NCBI GenBank assembly: GCA_014913405.1
Contig: GCA_014913405.1_3931.1
Reading direction: 5' to 3' (one strand)
DNA: 64,000 nt
Origin: a phage
The notes under the pieces were generated by a model, which ran no database searches, was not told the origin of the DNA, and worked only from the letters and a program-made list of their open reading frames with translations. Shown here in pieces: positions 20,264 through 29,126 of this stretch. The position numbers were made by a program, and so were the translations under genes. Every line of letters starts with the position of its first letter. Positions within the stretch are counted from its first letter, which is position 1.

Positions 20264-20608
20264 ATGGACAACCTTTCCATATGGTTTAACAATAAACCTG
20301 TACAACCGAAATACTTACAAGTTGCCTATACAGACATCCTTAAAGTTCTCGGTAAAGAAAAGTTTGAAAAGTTTTGTGAAGGTATCTACAATCACCACTG
20401 CCAATTTGCTACAAAAGAAGGTATGTTTGTCATAGAACAGTTCTTTGGCAGAGACCCAGATGACTACGAAGAGATTAGCTTTGTAATGAAATACATGATA
20501 GAGTATATTGAAAATCGTGGATTCGAAGTTAATCCTGAATTTTATGAACATGAGGGTGTACCTTTAGCAAAAGGTTTCGATGGCATACTCATTAACTGGA
20601 CTTGGTGA
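20264..20608 (+). CDS. hypothetical protein
   Basis: ORF track. Confidence 0.4.
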   Translation: MDNLSIWFNNKPVQPKYLQVAYTDILKVLGKEKFEKFCEGIYNHHCQFATKEGMFVIEQFFGRDPDDYEEISFVMKYMIEYIENRGFEVNPEFYEHEGVPLAKGFDGILINWTW

Positions 20609-20613
20609 AAACT

Positions 20614-20949
20614 ATGAAAATCAAAGAGATGAACATCAACATTATCTTAGAAGAACGTTGGGAGAACATCAAGAAACCTGAAGATGGTAAAAAGTTCCTT
20701 AACAAAATTTTAGTAGCAGCTAAAGAAGAACTGACTGGCAAGATTGCAGCAGCAATCACAATAAAAGTTTGTGTAAAAGGTCTTCCAGACCATCACCAAT
20801 TTGCACTTGACGAGTTTAAAAAAAGCTTCTACAATCCAAACAAACAGATGCTTGAAAGTAACTTTGCAGTATCTACAAGTATCGTCCATGACAGAAGCTT
20901 TATCCTTTACAAAAACATGAGAGGTGAGTCATGCAAGCATATTGGGTAG
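20614..20949 (+). CDS. hypothetical protein
   Basis: ATG at 20614 (track start TTG at 20602). Confidence 0.4.
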   Translation: MKIKEMNINIILEERWENIKKPEDGKKFLNKILVAAKEELTGKIAAAITIKVCVKGLPDHHQFALDEFKKSFYNPNKQMLESNFAVSTSIVHDRSFILYKNMRGESCKHIG

Positions 20950-21107
20950 AAATTTTACTGTCACTTGGTAGTGTAGCAGTCCTTGTTTATCTTCTTTGTA
21001 AGTACTTTGCAGAACACAAGAAGTGTGACTACTGTAACGGAGAAGGGTATACAAGAGCAGGTTGTTGCCCTATGTGTGGTGGTTCTGGTAAAATGTTTAA
21101 TAAGTAA
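20931..21107 (+). CDS. small membrane protein with C-terminal CxxC-x-CxxC zinc-ribbon motif (58 aa)
   Basis: hydrophobic N terminus then CDYCNGEG...CPMCGGSG; below the ORF-track cutoff. Confidence 0.25.
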   Translation: MQAYWVEILLSLGSVAVLVYLLCKYFAEHKKCDYCNGEGYTRAGCCPMCGGSGKMFNK

Positions 21108-21135
21108 TTTAACAGTAAACTAAGAGGAAAGTATT

Positions 21136-23502
21136 ATGCGCATGGTAAATGACCACGCAGAAGTGATTAAGAGTTCAACTTCTTTAGAGACGTCTCAAGC
21201 ACAGATTACAATGACACCTGAGATGTTCAGCCTTTTGAGTTCTGGTGTATATACCTTTAAAGAAAGGGCAGTGATTCGTGAACTGTCATGTAACGCAGTA
21301 GATGCTCAGAAAGAAGCTGGAAAAGAGAACATTCCGTTCCATGTGCATTTACCTACTCGTTTTGAGCCTTACTTTGAAGTTCGTGATTTTGGAACTGGAT
21401 TGACTCATGATAAAGTTATGAGTTTGTACCTAAACTACGGGGCTTCTACGAAGAATGACTCTAATGACTACATTGGTGCAATGGGTATCGGCTCAAAATC
21501 CCCATTTGCAATTGCTCAGTCATTCACAGTATCTAGCTATGTTGATGGTGTTGTTAATAAGTACTCTGTTTATCTTGAGAATGGTATCCCTCAAGTAACT
21601 AAGCTGACCACTAACCCAACAAAAGAACCTAATGGTTTAGCTGTACGTGTGGCAGTTGCTGACCACCGTATCTCAAAGTTCTTTGAAGAAGCTGGAAATG
21701 TGTACTCATACTTCACTGTAAAACCAGAAAGTAATATTGAGTACGACGATGTATTAGCAGATATGAACGTCATTGCCCGTGAAGAAGGTGTTTATGATGC
21801 CATGATTCATAAGCAAAGCTGGCGTTCTAGTGGTAACAGGACAGAGTTTAATGTGGTGATGGGTAATATTGCCTATCCAGTGAACATGGAAGCATTACTT
21901 GGTGATGATTTCTTCAAAGTCTTGCCAGAGTTTTTCCGTAGGAGCGTAGACCTTGTAAACATCTACATGCCTATTGGTTCAGTTGCTATAGCAGCTTCTC
22001 GTGAAGCATTGCAGATGAATGATACGACAAAAAATGTTATCATCGAGGCTACCAAAAAGATAACTGAAGCAATTACAAAGGATGTTATCAAGAAAGTTAA
22101 TAGCCAACCTACACTCATGGATGCTGCACAGGCTTATGCAGAGCTACGTTTGAACTCACGAGAGATGTTTAATGCTGTGTGTCCAAAGCTAGAGTGGGGA
22201 GGCATTAAGCTTGATTCTCTGGAAGAAGAATTGTTAAACATTCGTCGTGGAATTATCTACGCAGAAGACGGCTCAGTCATTTATGAACGTGACGGTAAAG
22301 GCAATATTAAGGTTGATAGGAACGGGAACAATATCCCTAAAGTAGATTATCTTTATGACCCAGTTGCTTATGTCAAGTTCAACTCTTTAGAGAGTAAGAT
22401 TCGTGCAACAGCACTTTCCTACACTCAAGAGGCAAGCATGTTCAATATCTTTGGTGCAATGCGTAAAAGCCAAATTGAACAGTTTTTGTTCGTGATTAAT
22501 GACCGTCGCAATAAAAACGGTACTGAGAAGACTGTAGGACGCAATCAAATTTTGCGTGGTGCATGTCGAGACTACGCCAGTGAGTCAAATCTGTTTCACA
22601 GATACAATGGTATTGTCTTTGTATTCTCGACTGAAAAAGAGTTAGATGATTTAATCAATCTACACAAACTTGATAAAAGCTTGTTAAAGATTGTGAAGAT
22701 GTCTGATAAGGAACACCACTATCAGCGTAAAGAAGCTGTAAGGGGTGTTGTAAAACTCTGGAAAGCTGTTCCAGCAGAAACTAAAGCTTCATACAAAGAG
22801 GTGTCAGAAGACTTAGACACAATTGAAGAGCCTCAGCTTTATATTAAGGCAGTAGGTGACACAGTTGATGGTAGATGTTTTTGCTCATCTCCAGAGGATG
22901 TAGCTAAGTCAGTTGCTAATGTTACAGGCAAGACAGTCTATGTTTTCCGAAAAGCAAATTGGAAAAAGATACCAGAAGACTGGATTGAAGTAGATGAGAA
23001 GCTCTTGAACGACAGCTTAACTGATGTTCATTGGATTAACCATAACAGGTATATGACACGCATCTACATGGATGGTGTCCTCGACCTTACAAGCAGTTGG
23101 ATTATTGCCAGAAACTTTACGTTCAATAACAGGAAGATTTCTCGCGGGTATTGTTATTCAAGGGATACTATTAAGACAATCTTCTTAGAAGGGAATGAAG
23201 ATGCTGTTGAGGCAATGTTCGGTAAGATTCAGTATGTGGCTGCACCGTTTGCATACACTTACACTATCAGTGTTCTTCAGGATTTGAAGTCATGCCTTGA
23301 TAATGACACAAAACTGTACAAAAAGATTAAAAAAGCAGGTGACCGCATGGTTATCAAGCTGACAAACTATCTTTCAAAAAGAAAACAAGAAAACTTCTTG
23401 CTTTCACACTTAGATTGGAATAAAGTATCACCTATCGAAGTGAGTAAGTTTTTAGGCTTTAATGTGAAATGTGTTCCAGAAGGTACAACAATTTACGATT
23501 AA
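21136..23502 (+). CDS. rIIA: rIIA-like protein (GHKL ATPase-like N terminus)
   Basis: 788 aa; N-terminal IRELSCNAVDA (GHKL-type) motif; immediately upstream of the rIIB homolog. Confidence 0.65.
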   Translation: MRMVNDHAEVIKSSTSLETSQAQITMTPEMFSLLSSGVYTFKERAVIRELSCNAVDAQKEAGKENIPFHVHLPTRFEPYFEVRDFGTGLTHDKVMSLYLNYGASTKNDSNDYIGAMGIGSKSPFAIAQSFTVSSYVDGVVNKYSVYLENGIPQVTKLTTNPTKEPNGLAVRVAVADHRISKFFEEAGNVYSYFTVKPESNIEYDDVLADMNVIAREEGVYDAMIHKQSWRSSGNRTEFNVVMGNIAYPVNMEALLGDDFFKVLPEFFRRSVDLVNIYMPIGSVAIAASREALQMNDTTKNVIIEATKKITEAITKDVIKKVNSQPTLMDAAQAYAELRLNSREMFNAVCPKLEWGGIKLDSLEEELLNIRRGIIYAEDGSVIYERDGKGNIKVDRNGNNIPKVDYLYDPVAYVKFNSLESKIRATALSYTQEASMFNIFGAMRKSQIEQFLFVINDRRNKNGTEKTVGRNQILRGACRDYASESNLFHRYNGIVFVFSTEKELDDLINLHKLDKSLLKIVKMSDKEHHYQRKEAVRGVVKLWKAVPAETKASYKEVSEDLDTIEEPQLYIKAVGDTVDGRCFCSSPEDVAKSVANVTGKTVYVFRKANWKKIPEDWIEVDEKLLNDSLTDVHWINHNRYMTRIYMDGVLDLTSSWIIARNFTFNNRKISRGYCYSRDTIKTIFLEGNEDAVEAMFGKIQYVAAPFAYTYTISVLQDLKSCLDNDTKLYKKIKKAGDRMVIKLTNYLSKRKQENFLLSHLDWNKVSPIEVSKFLGFNVKCVPEGTTIYD

Positions 23503-23507
23503 AGTGT

Positions 23508-23537
23508 TTGACAAGGGGCTTTGAAGCCCCTTAGAAT
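23508..23537 (+). promoter_or_regulatory. sigma70-like promoter with a hairpin in the spacer
   Basis: TTGACA at 23508-23513, spacer AGGGGCTTTGAAGCCCCT, TAGAAT at 23532-23537. Confidence 0.4.
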
Positions 23538-23581
23538 AGCCTCACAAATTGATTGATTAACTAACAAGAGAGAGTAATAAG

Positions 23582-24691
23582 ATGACTACTAAAACTAAAG
23601 CACAGATTGACGCAGAAATTTACAAACTGGTTAAAGAAGGTAAGCTGACTAAAACAGCTATTGCACAGAAGTTCAATACTTCAACCCGTTCAGTTGGTCG
23701 TGCTGTAGAGCGTCATGAAGCAACCTTAAAAGGCAAGAAGAAGGCAACTTCTACACCAGCTACGAAGACTTTGAAACAAGTTGCTAAGACTTTTAAAAAG
23801 AAAGCTGACAAACCAGTTGAAAAGGCCGTTAAAGACGCTGTACAGAAAGCCCCAGTAAATAAACTGCATGAAGCTATGCAGAAAGATGACAAGATTGAGT
23901 ACATGATTACTGGTGACTCTGTAATTATGACTTACGGTTCAGAATCTGAAATTGTTGAGTCTACTCATCCGAACTATCAAGAGATTGTAGTTCATGTTGT
24001 GAAAGGTGAGTTCAAGAAAGCATTTGAACTGATGAACATTCGTAAGTCTATCGAAAACTTCACTCAGGGTGCTATCACAATCAAAGGTGACAAGCTCTTC
24101 TACGGTGCTGTTGAGATGCGTTCTACTCTGGTTGACCGTATTCTTCACATGATGAAAACTGGTGATAAAGGTTTTGAACGACTTGTAATGTTCTTCGAAA
24201 AACTGATGGAAAACCCATCTAAAGATTCTGTAGAACAACTTTGGGGATTTGTATCTCACCTTGATGTTGAAATTGATGAAGAAGGTTACATCATTGGTTG
24301 GAAGAAAGTCTCTACTCGTGAAGGCAAGCTGGTTGACTCTCACACCTACAAAGTGCCTAATGATTTGGGTAACATTGTAGAGATGCCACGTTGGATGGTT
24401 GATAACAACCGTAACGTAACTTGCTCTCAAGGTCTTCATGTTGGCGCTTGGGATTATGTTCGTTGCTTCTCAGGTGATACCATCCTGAAGGTACGTGTCC
24501 ATCCACGAGATGTTGTATCCGTACCAACTGATTACAACGATATGAAGATGCGTTCCTCTCGTTATGAAGTTGCAGCAATCGTTGATAATCAACGTAAAGT
24601 GCTGAAAGCATGGGATGGTAAGACTGAAGCTTTGCATGTCATCGTTGGCACTGCTGGTGAACTTATCTCTCAACGTAAACGTGAAATCTAA
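23582..24691 (+). CDS. rIIB: rIIB-like protein
   Basis: C-terminal VRVHPRDVVSVPTDYNDMKMRSSRYEV closely matches the T4 rIIB C terminus as recalled; N-terminal HTH-like region. Confidence 0.7.
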   Translation: MTTKTKAQIDAEIYKLVKEGKLTKTAIAQKFNTSTRSVGRAVERHEATLKGKKKATSTPATKTLKQVAKTFKKKADKPVEKAVKDAVQKAPVNKLHEAMQKDDKIEYMITGDSVIMTYGSESEIVESTHPNYQEIVVHVVKGEFKKAFELMNIRKSIENFTQGAITIKGDKLFYGAVEMRSTLVDRILHMMKTGDKGFERLVMFFEKLMENPSKDSVEQLWGFVSHLDVEIDEEGYIIGWKKVSTREGKLVDSHTYKVPNDLGNIVEMPRWMVDNNRNVTCSQGLHVGAWDYVRCFSGDTILKVRVHPRDVVSVPTDYNDMKMRSSRYEVAAIVDNQRKVLKAWDGKTEALHVIVGTAGELISQRKREI

Positions 24692-24707
24692 TAAGTAATT
24701 TCTTAAA

Positions 24708-24730
24708 AGGCTGCTTCGGCGGCCTTTTTT
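24708..24730 (+). terminator. rho-independent terminator
   Basis: AGGCTGC-TTCG-GCGGCCT followed by TTTTTT. Confidence 0.6.
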
Positions 24731-24732
24731 AT

Positions 24733-24760
24733 TTGTATTTTGTGCAGAGTGCTGTATAAT
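24733..24760 (+). promoter_or_regulatory. sigma70-like promoter, TTGTAT-16-TATAAT
   Basis: -35 TTGTAT at 24733-24738, -10 TATAAT at 24755-24760. Confidence 0.45.
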
Positions 24761-24791
24761 TGTTGTCACGATAAACTAAACAGGAGAACCA

Positions 24792-25340
24792 ATGAAGAAA
24801 TTGATTCTAGGCTTGTGCTTAATGTTTACAGCACACTTATCTTATGCAGTTGACTGCCCAGAGCTATCAATTAGCCAAAAAGTTAACATGTTAAAAGCTT
24901 ACCAGTATGGTGAGAATAATATGGGGAAAGGCTGGGGTATTACTCTAGCAGCTATAGCCTTACAAGAGTCAGAGTTAGGTCTGAAGGTAGAGAATAAAAA
25001 GACCCACGACTATGGTATTTTCCAGAATCACTTGAAGACTGTTGTAAAGCGTAACAAAATTAGTCCTAATGTGGCTAAAAAGAAACTCTTAAAAGATTTT
25101 GACTATGCAGCAAAAGAGACACATAAAGAGCTTGAGTTTTGGACTAAGGTACATGGTCACCCGAAGTCAAAGAAGACTTTACAAAAAGTTTTAGCATCAT
25201 ATAATGCTGGGTATTCGTACAAAATCCCTAAAGCTAAGAAATACTCTCAAGATGTCTATAACAATATGAAAGTTATCGCTCAATGTGAATTTGCAACAAA
25301 CATTTCTAAGGTAAATCATGAAAAAATTAAGAAAGTCTGA
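24792..25340 (+). CDS. secreted lytic transglycosylase-like protein (signal peptide)
   Basis: N-terminal MKKLILGLCLMFTAHLSYA signal peptide; LQESELG...DYGIFQ resembles the SLT/lysozyme-like catalytic region. Confidence 0.4.
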   Translation: MKKLILGLCLMFTAHLSYAVDCPELSISQKVNMLKAYQYGENNMGKGWGITLAAIALQESELGLKVENKKTHDYGIFQNHLKTVVKRNKISPNVAKKKLLKDFDYAAKETHKELEFWTKVHGHPKSKKTLQKVLASYNAGYSYKIPKAKKYSQDVYNNMKVIAQCEFATNISKVNHEKIKKV

Positions 25341-26013
25341 TGAAGTCCTGTGCCATGCTTATGACTTGCATCCTCATGAGTTAGGTCTTGATTCCTGTGT
25401 ATGGACTCCAGAACAGTGCAGGGATTTTGAAGACACTGCAAGAGAAGTTGTATGTTCACTTGAAGATTTTCACACATCAGAACCAATTGTGAACGTTGTG
25501 GACAAAGAGACTGGACAAGCTATAGGTGTAAGGCGTGATAGTTTAGTCATAGTCAATAAAGACCTTGTAGAAAAAGGTAACCTCATCTTAGCAGATATTG
25601 ATGGTGTTCTTACAAATTTTAATCACGAAGATTGCTCAACGGAATTGACTGATGGGTCATTCTCACAGTACACTAATCTTCTTGACTCTGTAAGAGCAAA
25701 ACCAACGTATGTTTTTAGTATTATTGATGCAATTGCTAATCATGCTGCCATTGGACTCTTGACAGCGAGAGGTGAATCTCAGAGAATACCTACTGAGATG
25801 TTTTTAAGGCATAACATAGAGCATGATTACATGCTTTTTATGCGTGGTTTTGGAACTAACTCTATAAGTGCAGAAAGTTTAAAAGTGAGGATGATTCAGT
25901 CTTGCATTCTTCCTTATTTTAATATAGTATGCTTTATAGAAGATACAGAGAAGAATGTTCAGAAGGTAAACAGAATCCTTCCACACATTAAAACCATGTT
26001 AGTTAAACATTGA
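25318..26013 (+). CDS. hypothetical protein, possibly HAD-like phosphatase
   Basis: LADIDGVLTNF resembles HAD motif I (DxDG). Confidence 0.3.
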   Translation: MKKLRKSDEVLCHAYDLHPHELGLDSCVWTPEQCRDFEDTAREVVCSLEDFHTSEPIVNVVDKETGQAIGVRRDSLVIVNKDLVEKGNLILADIDGVLTNFNHEDCSTELTDGSFSQYTNLLDSVRAKPTYVFSIIDAIANHAAIGLLTARGESQRIPTEMFLRHNIEHDYMLFMRGFGTNSISAESLKVRMIQSCILPYFNIVCFIEDTEKNVQKVNRILPHIKTMLVKH

Positions 26014-26024
26014 GAGAAAAACTT

Positions 26025-26489
26025 ATGAACAATATCATTACGGTAGCACTGGACGATACGGCAAACAAATCTGAAGTAGTTCGTAAAATGATTCAAGGTA
26101 ACTTTGAAGGTAAAATTTTCCGTGCTGTTAATGTAAAAGCTGATGGCAGTATTCGTGAATACCGTGCATTGTTGAATGTTAAAAAGCACGTAAAAGGTGC
26201 TGGTTCAACGACTGCACACAAAGAAAACCTGATGACTATCTATGATATGGGTAAGGCTTCAGAGTTAGGTGCTGAAGGTATCGTTAAAGAAGGTGCTCCG
26301 TATCGCTCTTTCAATCTGGAAACTACTCTTATGCTTTCCTTTACGAGTGGTTCTAAAACAATCACTTATCTCTTTACTGATGCTGCAACGGTATCTGCTA
26401 TTAAGGATAGCACTGTCAAAGCTGGCGTAGTTGCTGCTGCAAAAGCTTCTTCGATGGCTGCAAATATCCTTGCTAAAGTCCTCGGTTAA
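26025..26489 (+). CDS. hypothetical protein
   Basis: ATG at 26025 after GAGAGAAAA (track start TTG at 26010). Confidence 0.4.
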   Translation: MNNIITVALDDTANKSEVVRKMIQGNFEGKIFRAVNVKADGSIREYRALLNVKKHVKGAGSTTAHKENLMTIYDMGKASELGAEGIVKEGAPYRSFNLETTLMLSFTSGSKTITYLFTDAATVSAIKDSTVKAGVVAAAKASSMAANILAKVLG

Positions 26490-26499
26490 GGTTAAGATA

Positions 26500-26523
26500 C
26501 AGGCTCCTTCGGGAGCCTTTTTC
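26500..26523 (+). terminator. rho-independent terminator
   Basis: GGCTCC-TTCG-GGAGCC followed by TTTTT. Confidence 0.6.
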
Positions 26524-26541
26524 ATTTCAGGAGATTGTTAA

Positions 26542-26889
26542 ATGACATTTAAAGAGTTCTGTCAAGCTACTTTCATAATTGTTTTCTTAGTTGGGGCAGG
26601 TGTCTGGGGAGGATACTCTTACAGAGACTACCAAGTTGCTGAAGCTGAGTTAAGCAATGAGAAACTAATAAGTGTTGCTAAAGATGCTTATCAGGAAGGT
26701 TTAGCCACACTGAGCACCAATTACAAAAATGATTTGAAAGATGTGCTTGCTAAGAATAAGCATACAAAAGAGGTACTAACATATGAAAAAACTAAGCCAG
26801 AGTTTTATAATGTTTGTGTTACTGATAATTATGTCAGGGTGTTCAACGAACAAAGTGAACAGTACATTCAAAAACTCCCAAGTAAGTGA
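26542..26889 (+). CDS. putative i-spanin-like protein (N-terminal transmembrane segment)
   Basis: N-terminal hydrophobic helix FIIVFLVGAGVWGG then a charged, helical region; 3' end overlaps a lipoprotein ORF in another frame. Confidence 0.35.
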   Translation: MTFKEFCQATFIIVFLVGAGVWGGYSYRDYQVAEAELSNEKLISVAKDAYQEGLATLSTNYKNDLKDVLAKNKHTKEVLTYEKTKPEFYNVCVTDNYVRVFNEQSEQYIQKLPSK

Positions 26890-27052
26890 GAGTGACAAGT
26901 ACACTCAAGAAGAGTCAAGATTCACTGTCAAAGGTAATACTGGTAGTGATGTGGCAGCAGCCCTTGAGTTTTATCGTGATGGTTTTTACCAGTGCACAAT
27001 CAAAGCTAATAACCTTATTGATATGATTTTATTAGGAAATAAACAGCAATGA
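26783..27052 (+). CDS. putative o-spanin-like lipoprotein
   Basis: signal peptide with lipobox IIMSGC; starts inside the 3' end of the preceding ORF. Confidence 0.35.
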   Translation: MKKLSQSFIMFVLLIIMSGCSTNKVNSTFKNSQVSESDKYTQEESRFTVKGNTGSDVAAALEFYRDGFYQCTIKANNLIDMILLGNKQQ

Positions 27053-27318
27053 CAGAGAATGAAGATACTTTTTACGTAGAGGGTTACTTACTGTTACCAC
27101 GACCAAAAGAAACTTATATGCGAATTGACTTCTTACCAACCATTATGGATAATGTGATGTGTCATATCTTTATGCAAGGTGTCACAGCACAGCTTAAGCA
27201 CGTTGGTAAAGAGTGCAAAATAAAGGTTGACACTCATCCAGAAATCAAAGAGAATCACTACACATGGTTCTTACCAGACTCTAAAGAAATCTTAGCAGTT
27301 CTCAAAACGAGGAAATGA
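27049..27318 (+). CDS. hypothetical protein
   Basis: ORF track. Confidence 0.4.
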   Translation: MTENEDTFYVEGYLLLPRPKETYMRIDFLPTIMDNVMCHIFMQGVTAQLKHVGKECKIKVDTHPEIKENHYTWFLPDSKEILAVLKTRK

Positions 27319-27629
27319 TTATGCAATTCCAGCCAACAAATCGTGGATTTTCTTATGCAGAATTTAAAGATGCTAAAGGGGAAATTTGTACTTTACAAGA
27401 GAGTTCATCATATGAACCATGTATTTGGTTAGGTGCTAAAGAGGTCTCTGTTCAGTACCTAGATGGTGGCTGGAAAACACTTGATATCCCAGCATTAGTA
27501 GGCAAAGATTTTGTAGGTAACCAAAGAATGAAACTCAACCAAGAACAGGTGAAAGAGTTATTGCCATACCTTCAGTACTTTGCTGAAAATGGTGAATTAC
27601 CAACAGAGGAACTTACAAATGCAGATTAA
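27315..27629 (+). CDS. hypothetical protein
   Basis: ORF track. Confidence 0.4.
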   Translation: MIMQFQPTNRGFSYAEFKDAKGEICTLQESSSYEPCIWLGAKEVSVQYLDGGWKTLDIPALVGKDFVGNQRMKLNQEQVKELLPYLQYFAENGELPTEELTNAD

Positions 27630-27945
27630 TGGAAGAGACTTTGTAGCCGTTTACTACGAGAAAGATAAAGAAGTTGGCGTAGCACAAGTATCTTATGGTA
27701 ATGGTAAGTGGTTGTATGGGACAATCGCAGTAGTCGGAACAAGAAGTGATACAAAAACTTTTAAAGATTGTGTTGACCTTCTTGAAGAATCCATCCACAA
27801 TCATTGGTGTCTGATATGGATGACTGACAACGAAGTGATAGAACGCTTCAAAAAGATTGGTATCAACATTGATAGTATTGAGCATGTTGATTTATATGAG
27901 CTAACTGAGAAGGTAAACTATGAAAGTAATACTAGCCAGAGATAA
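27619..27945 (+). CDS. hypothetical protein
   Basis: ATG at 27619 after CAGAGGA (track start 27580). Confidence 0.4.
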   Translation: MQINGRDFVAVYYEKDKEVGVAQVSYGNGKWLYGTIAVVGTRSDTKTFKDCVDLLEESIHNHWCLIWMTDNEVIERFKKIGINIDSIEHVDLYELTEKVNYESNTSQR

Positions 27946-28153
27946 AAAGACACGTAAGATTGTAAGTTCAGCAGTATTCAAAGGGAGACATGAAGTCGTC
28001 CCGTTTACAGGAGAAGGTGTGTTAACTTACAAGAAGGTGATGAAACGTGAGTGCAGTAACCATTTCCGTGACTTCTTCTCTGAACCATTAGGAGACTTTA
28101 AAAGTCGCTGTGGTAAAGGCATCATCACTCAAGAGGTAATTATTCATGGCTGA
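27920..28153 (+). CDS. hypothetical protein
   Basis: ORF track; RBS GAGAAGG. Confidence 0.4.
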   Translation: MKVILARDKKTRKIVSSAVFKGRHEVVPFTGEGVLTYKKVMKRECSNHFRDFFSEPLGDFKSRCGKGIITQEVIIHG

Positions 28154-28346
28154 CTTCTGCAAAGACTGTGCTATCGAAATGTTCGGACGTGATACAGGTG
28201 ACTTAAAAGGTCTTATCACTGAAGATGACTTTAAAGCTGGCTATGCAATGCCAGTAATCTGTGAAGGTTGTGGATGTATCTGGGTAGACCATGAGGGGCA
28301 ACGTGTAAAACCTTCAGAAGATAAAGAATCTTGGGAGAGATGTTAA
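28146..28346 (+). CDS. small zinc-binding protein (CxxC...CxGC)
   Basis: CKDC near the N terminus and CEGCGC near the C terminus. Confidence 0.4.
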   Translation: MADFCKDCAIEMFGRDTGDLKGLITEDDFKAGYAMPVICEGCGCIWVDHEGQRVKPSEDKESWERC

Positions 28347-29126
28347 ATGGGTATTGTAAAAGTTGTGAAAGGTAACTTACTAGCTGCCTTCAAAAACACA
28401 GACATTGAGTTAATTGCTCATGGTTGCAACTGCCGTAACCTCATGGGTGCTGGAATCGCTCAAAAAATTGCTAAGATTTTCCCAAAAGCTGAAGAAGCTG
28501 ACCGGAAATTCCATAAAAAGTTTGGCTACAGCGCTCATGATATCGGATACCAGATGATTGGTGAGGTGTCACATGCTCGAACGGAGTATGGTTACATTTT
28601 TAACCTATATACACAGTTGGATGTTGGGAAGTGTGCATCATACCGATACTTAGTGGAGTCACTAGAAAAACTCCGTAAATTTTGCTGGATGCACAACATT
28701 CGTAAGATTGGTTTACCCATGATTGGTGCAGGTATCGGTGGTTTAGACGCACAAGCTGTGAAAAGCCTCATTAATAGCGTTATGTACAACGTTGATGTGT
28801 ACCTATACGTCTATGATGAAGCAATGGCAACTGTAGTTACCCCTAAGTATGCCACCTCAGCACCACAATTCTATGATGGTGTCGTGCTAAGTGACGGTAA
28901 GTCTAACCATGTTACCCTCTATCAGCTTGTTGATGGTAAGGTCGAGGCTAGTTACCCTCTGGTTAGTGAGATGGGTATGTGTAATAGTGAAATGTTCTCA
29001 ATTGACCCGTTTGGTAGATACGAAGGGGTGTTCTTTGATAGCTACCCAGCAGCATACATCTACACAACAAATCAGGATGAAGTTCACTACTTGCTGTATT
29101 CTAAAAAGTTCAAATTCATAAACTAA
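28347..29126 (+). CDS. putative macro-domain (ADP-ribose-binding/processing) protein
   Basis: N-terminal IELIAHGCNCRNLMGAGIAQKI resembles the macro-domain H-x-x-N-x-x-x-M-G-x-G-I-A signature (from memory). Confidence 0.4.
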   Translation: MGIVKVVKGNLLAAFKNTDIELIAHGCNCRNLMGAGIAQKIAKIFPKAEEADRKFHKKFGYSAHDIGYQMIGEVSHARTEYGYIFNLYTQLDVGKCASYRYLVESLEKLRKFCWMHNIRKIGLPMIGAGIGGLDAQAVKSLINSVMYNVDVYLYVYDEAMATVVTPKYATSAPQFYDGVVLSDGKSNHVTLYQLVDGKVEASYPLVSEMGMCNSEMFSIDPFGRYEGVFFDSYPAAYIYTTNQDEVHYLLYSKKFKFIN

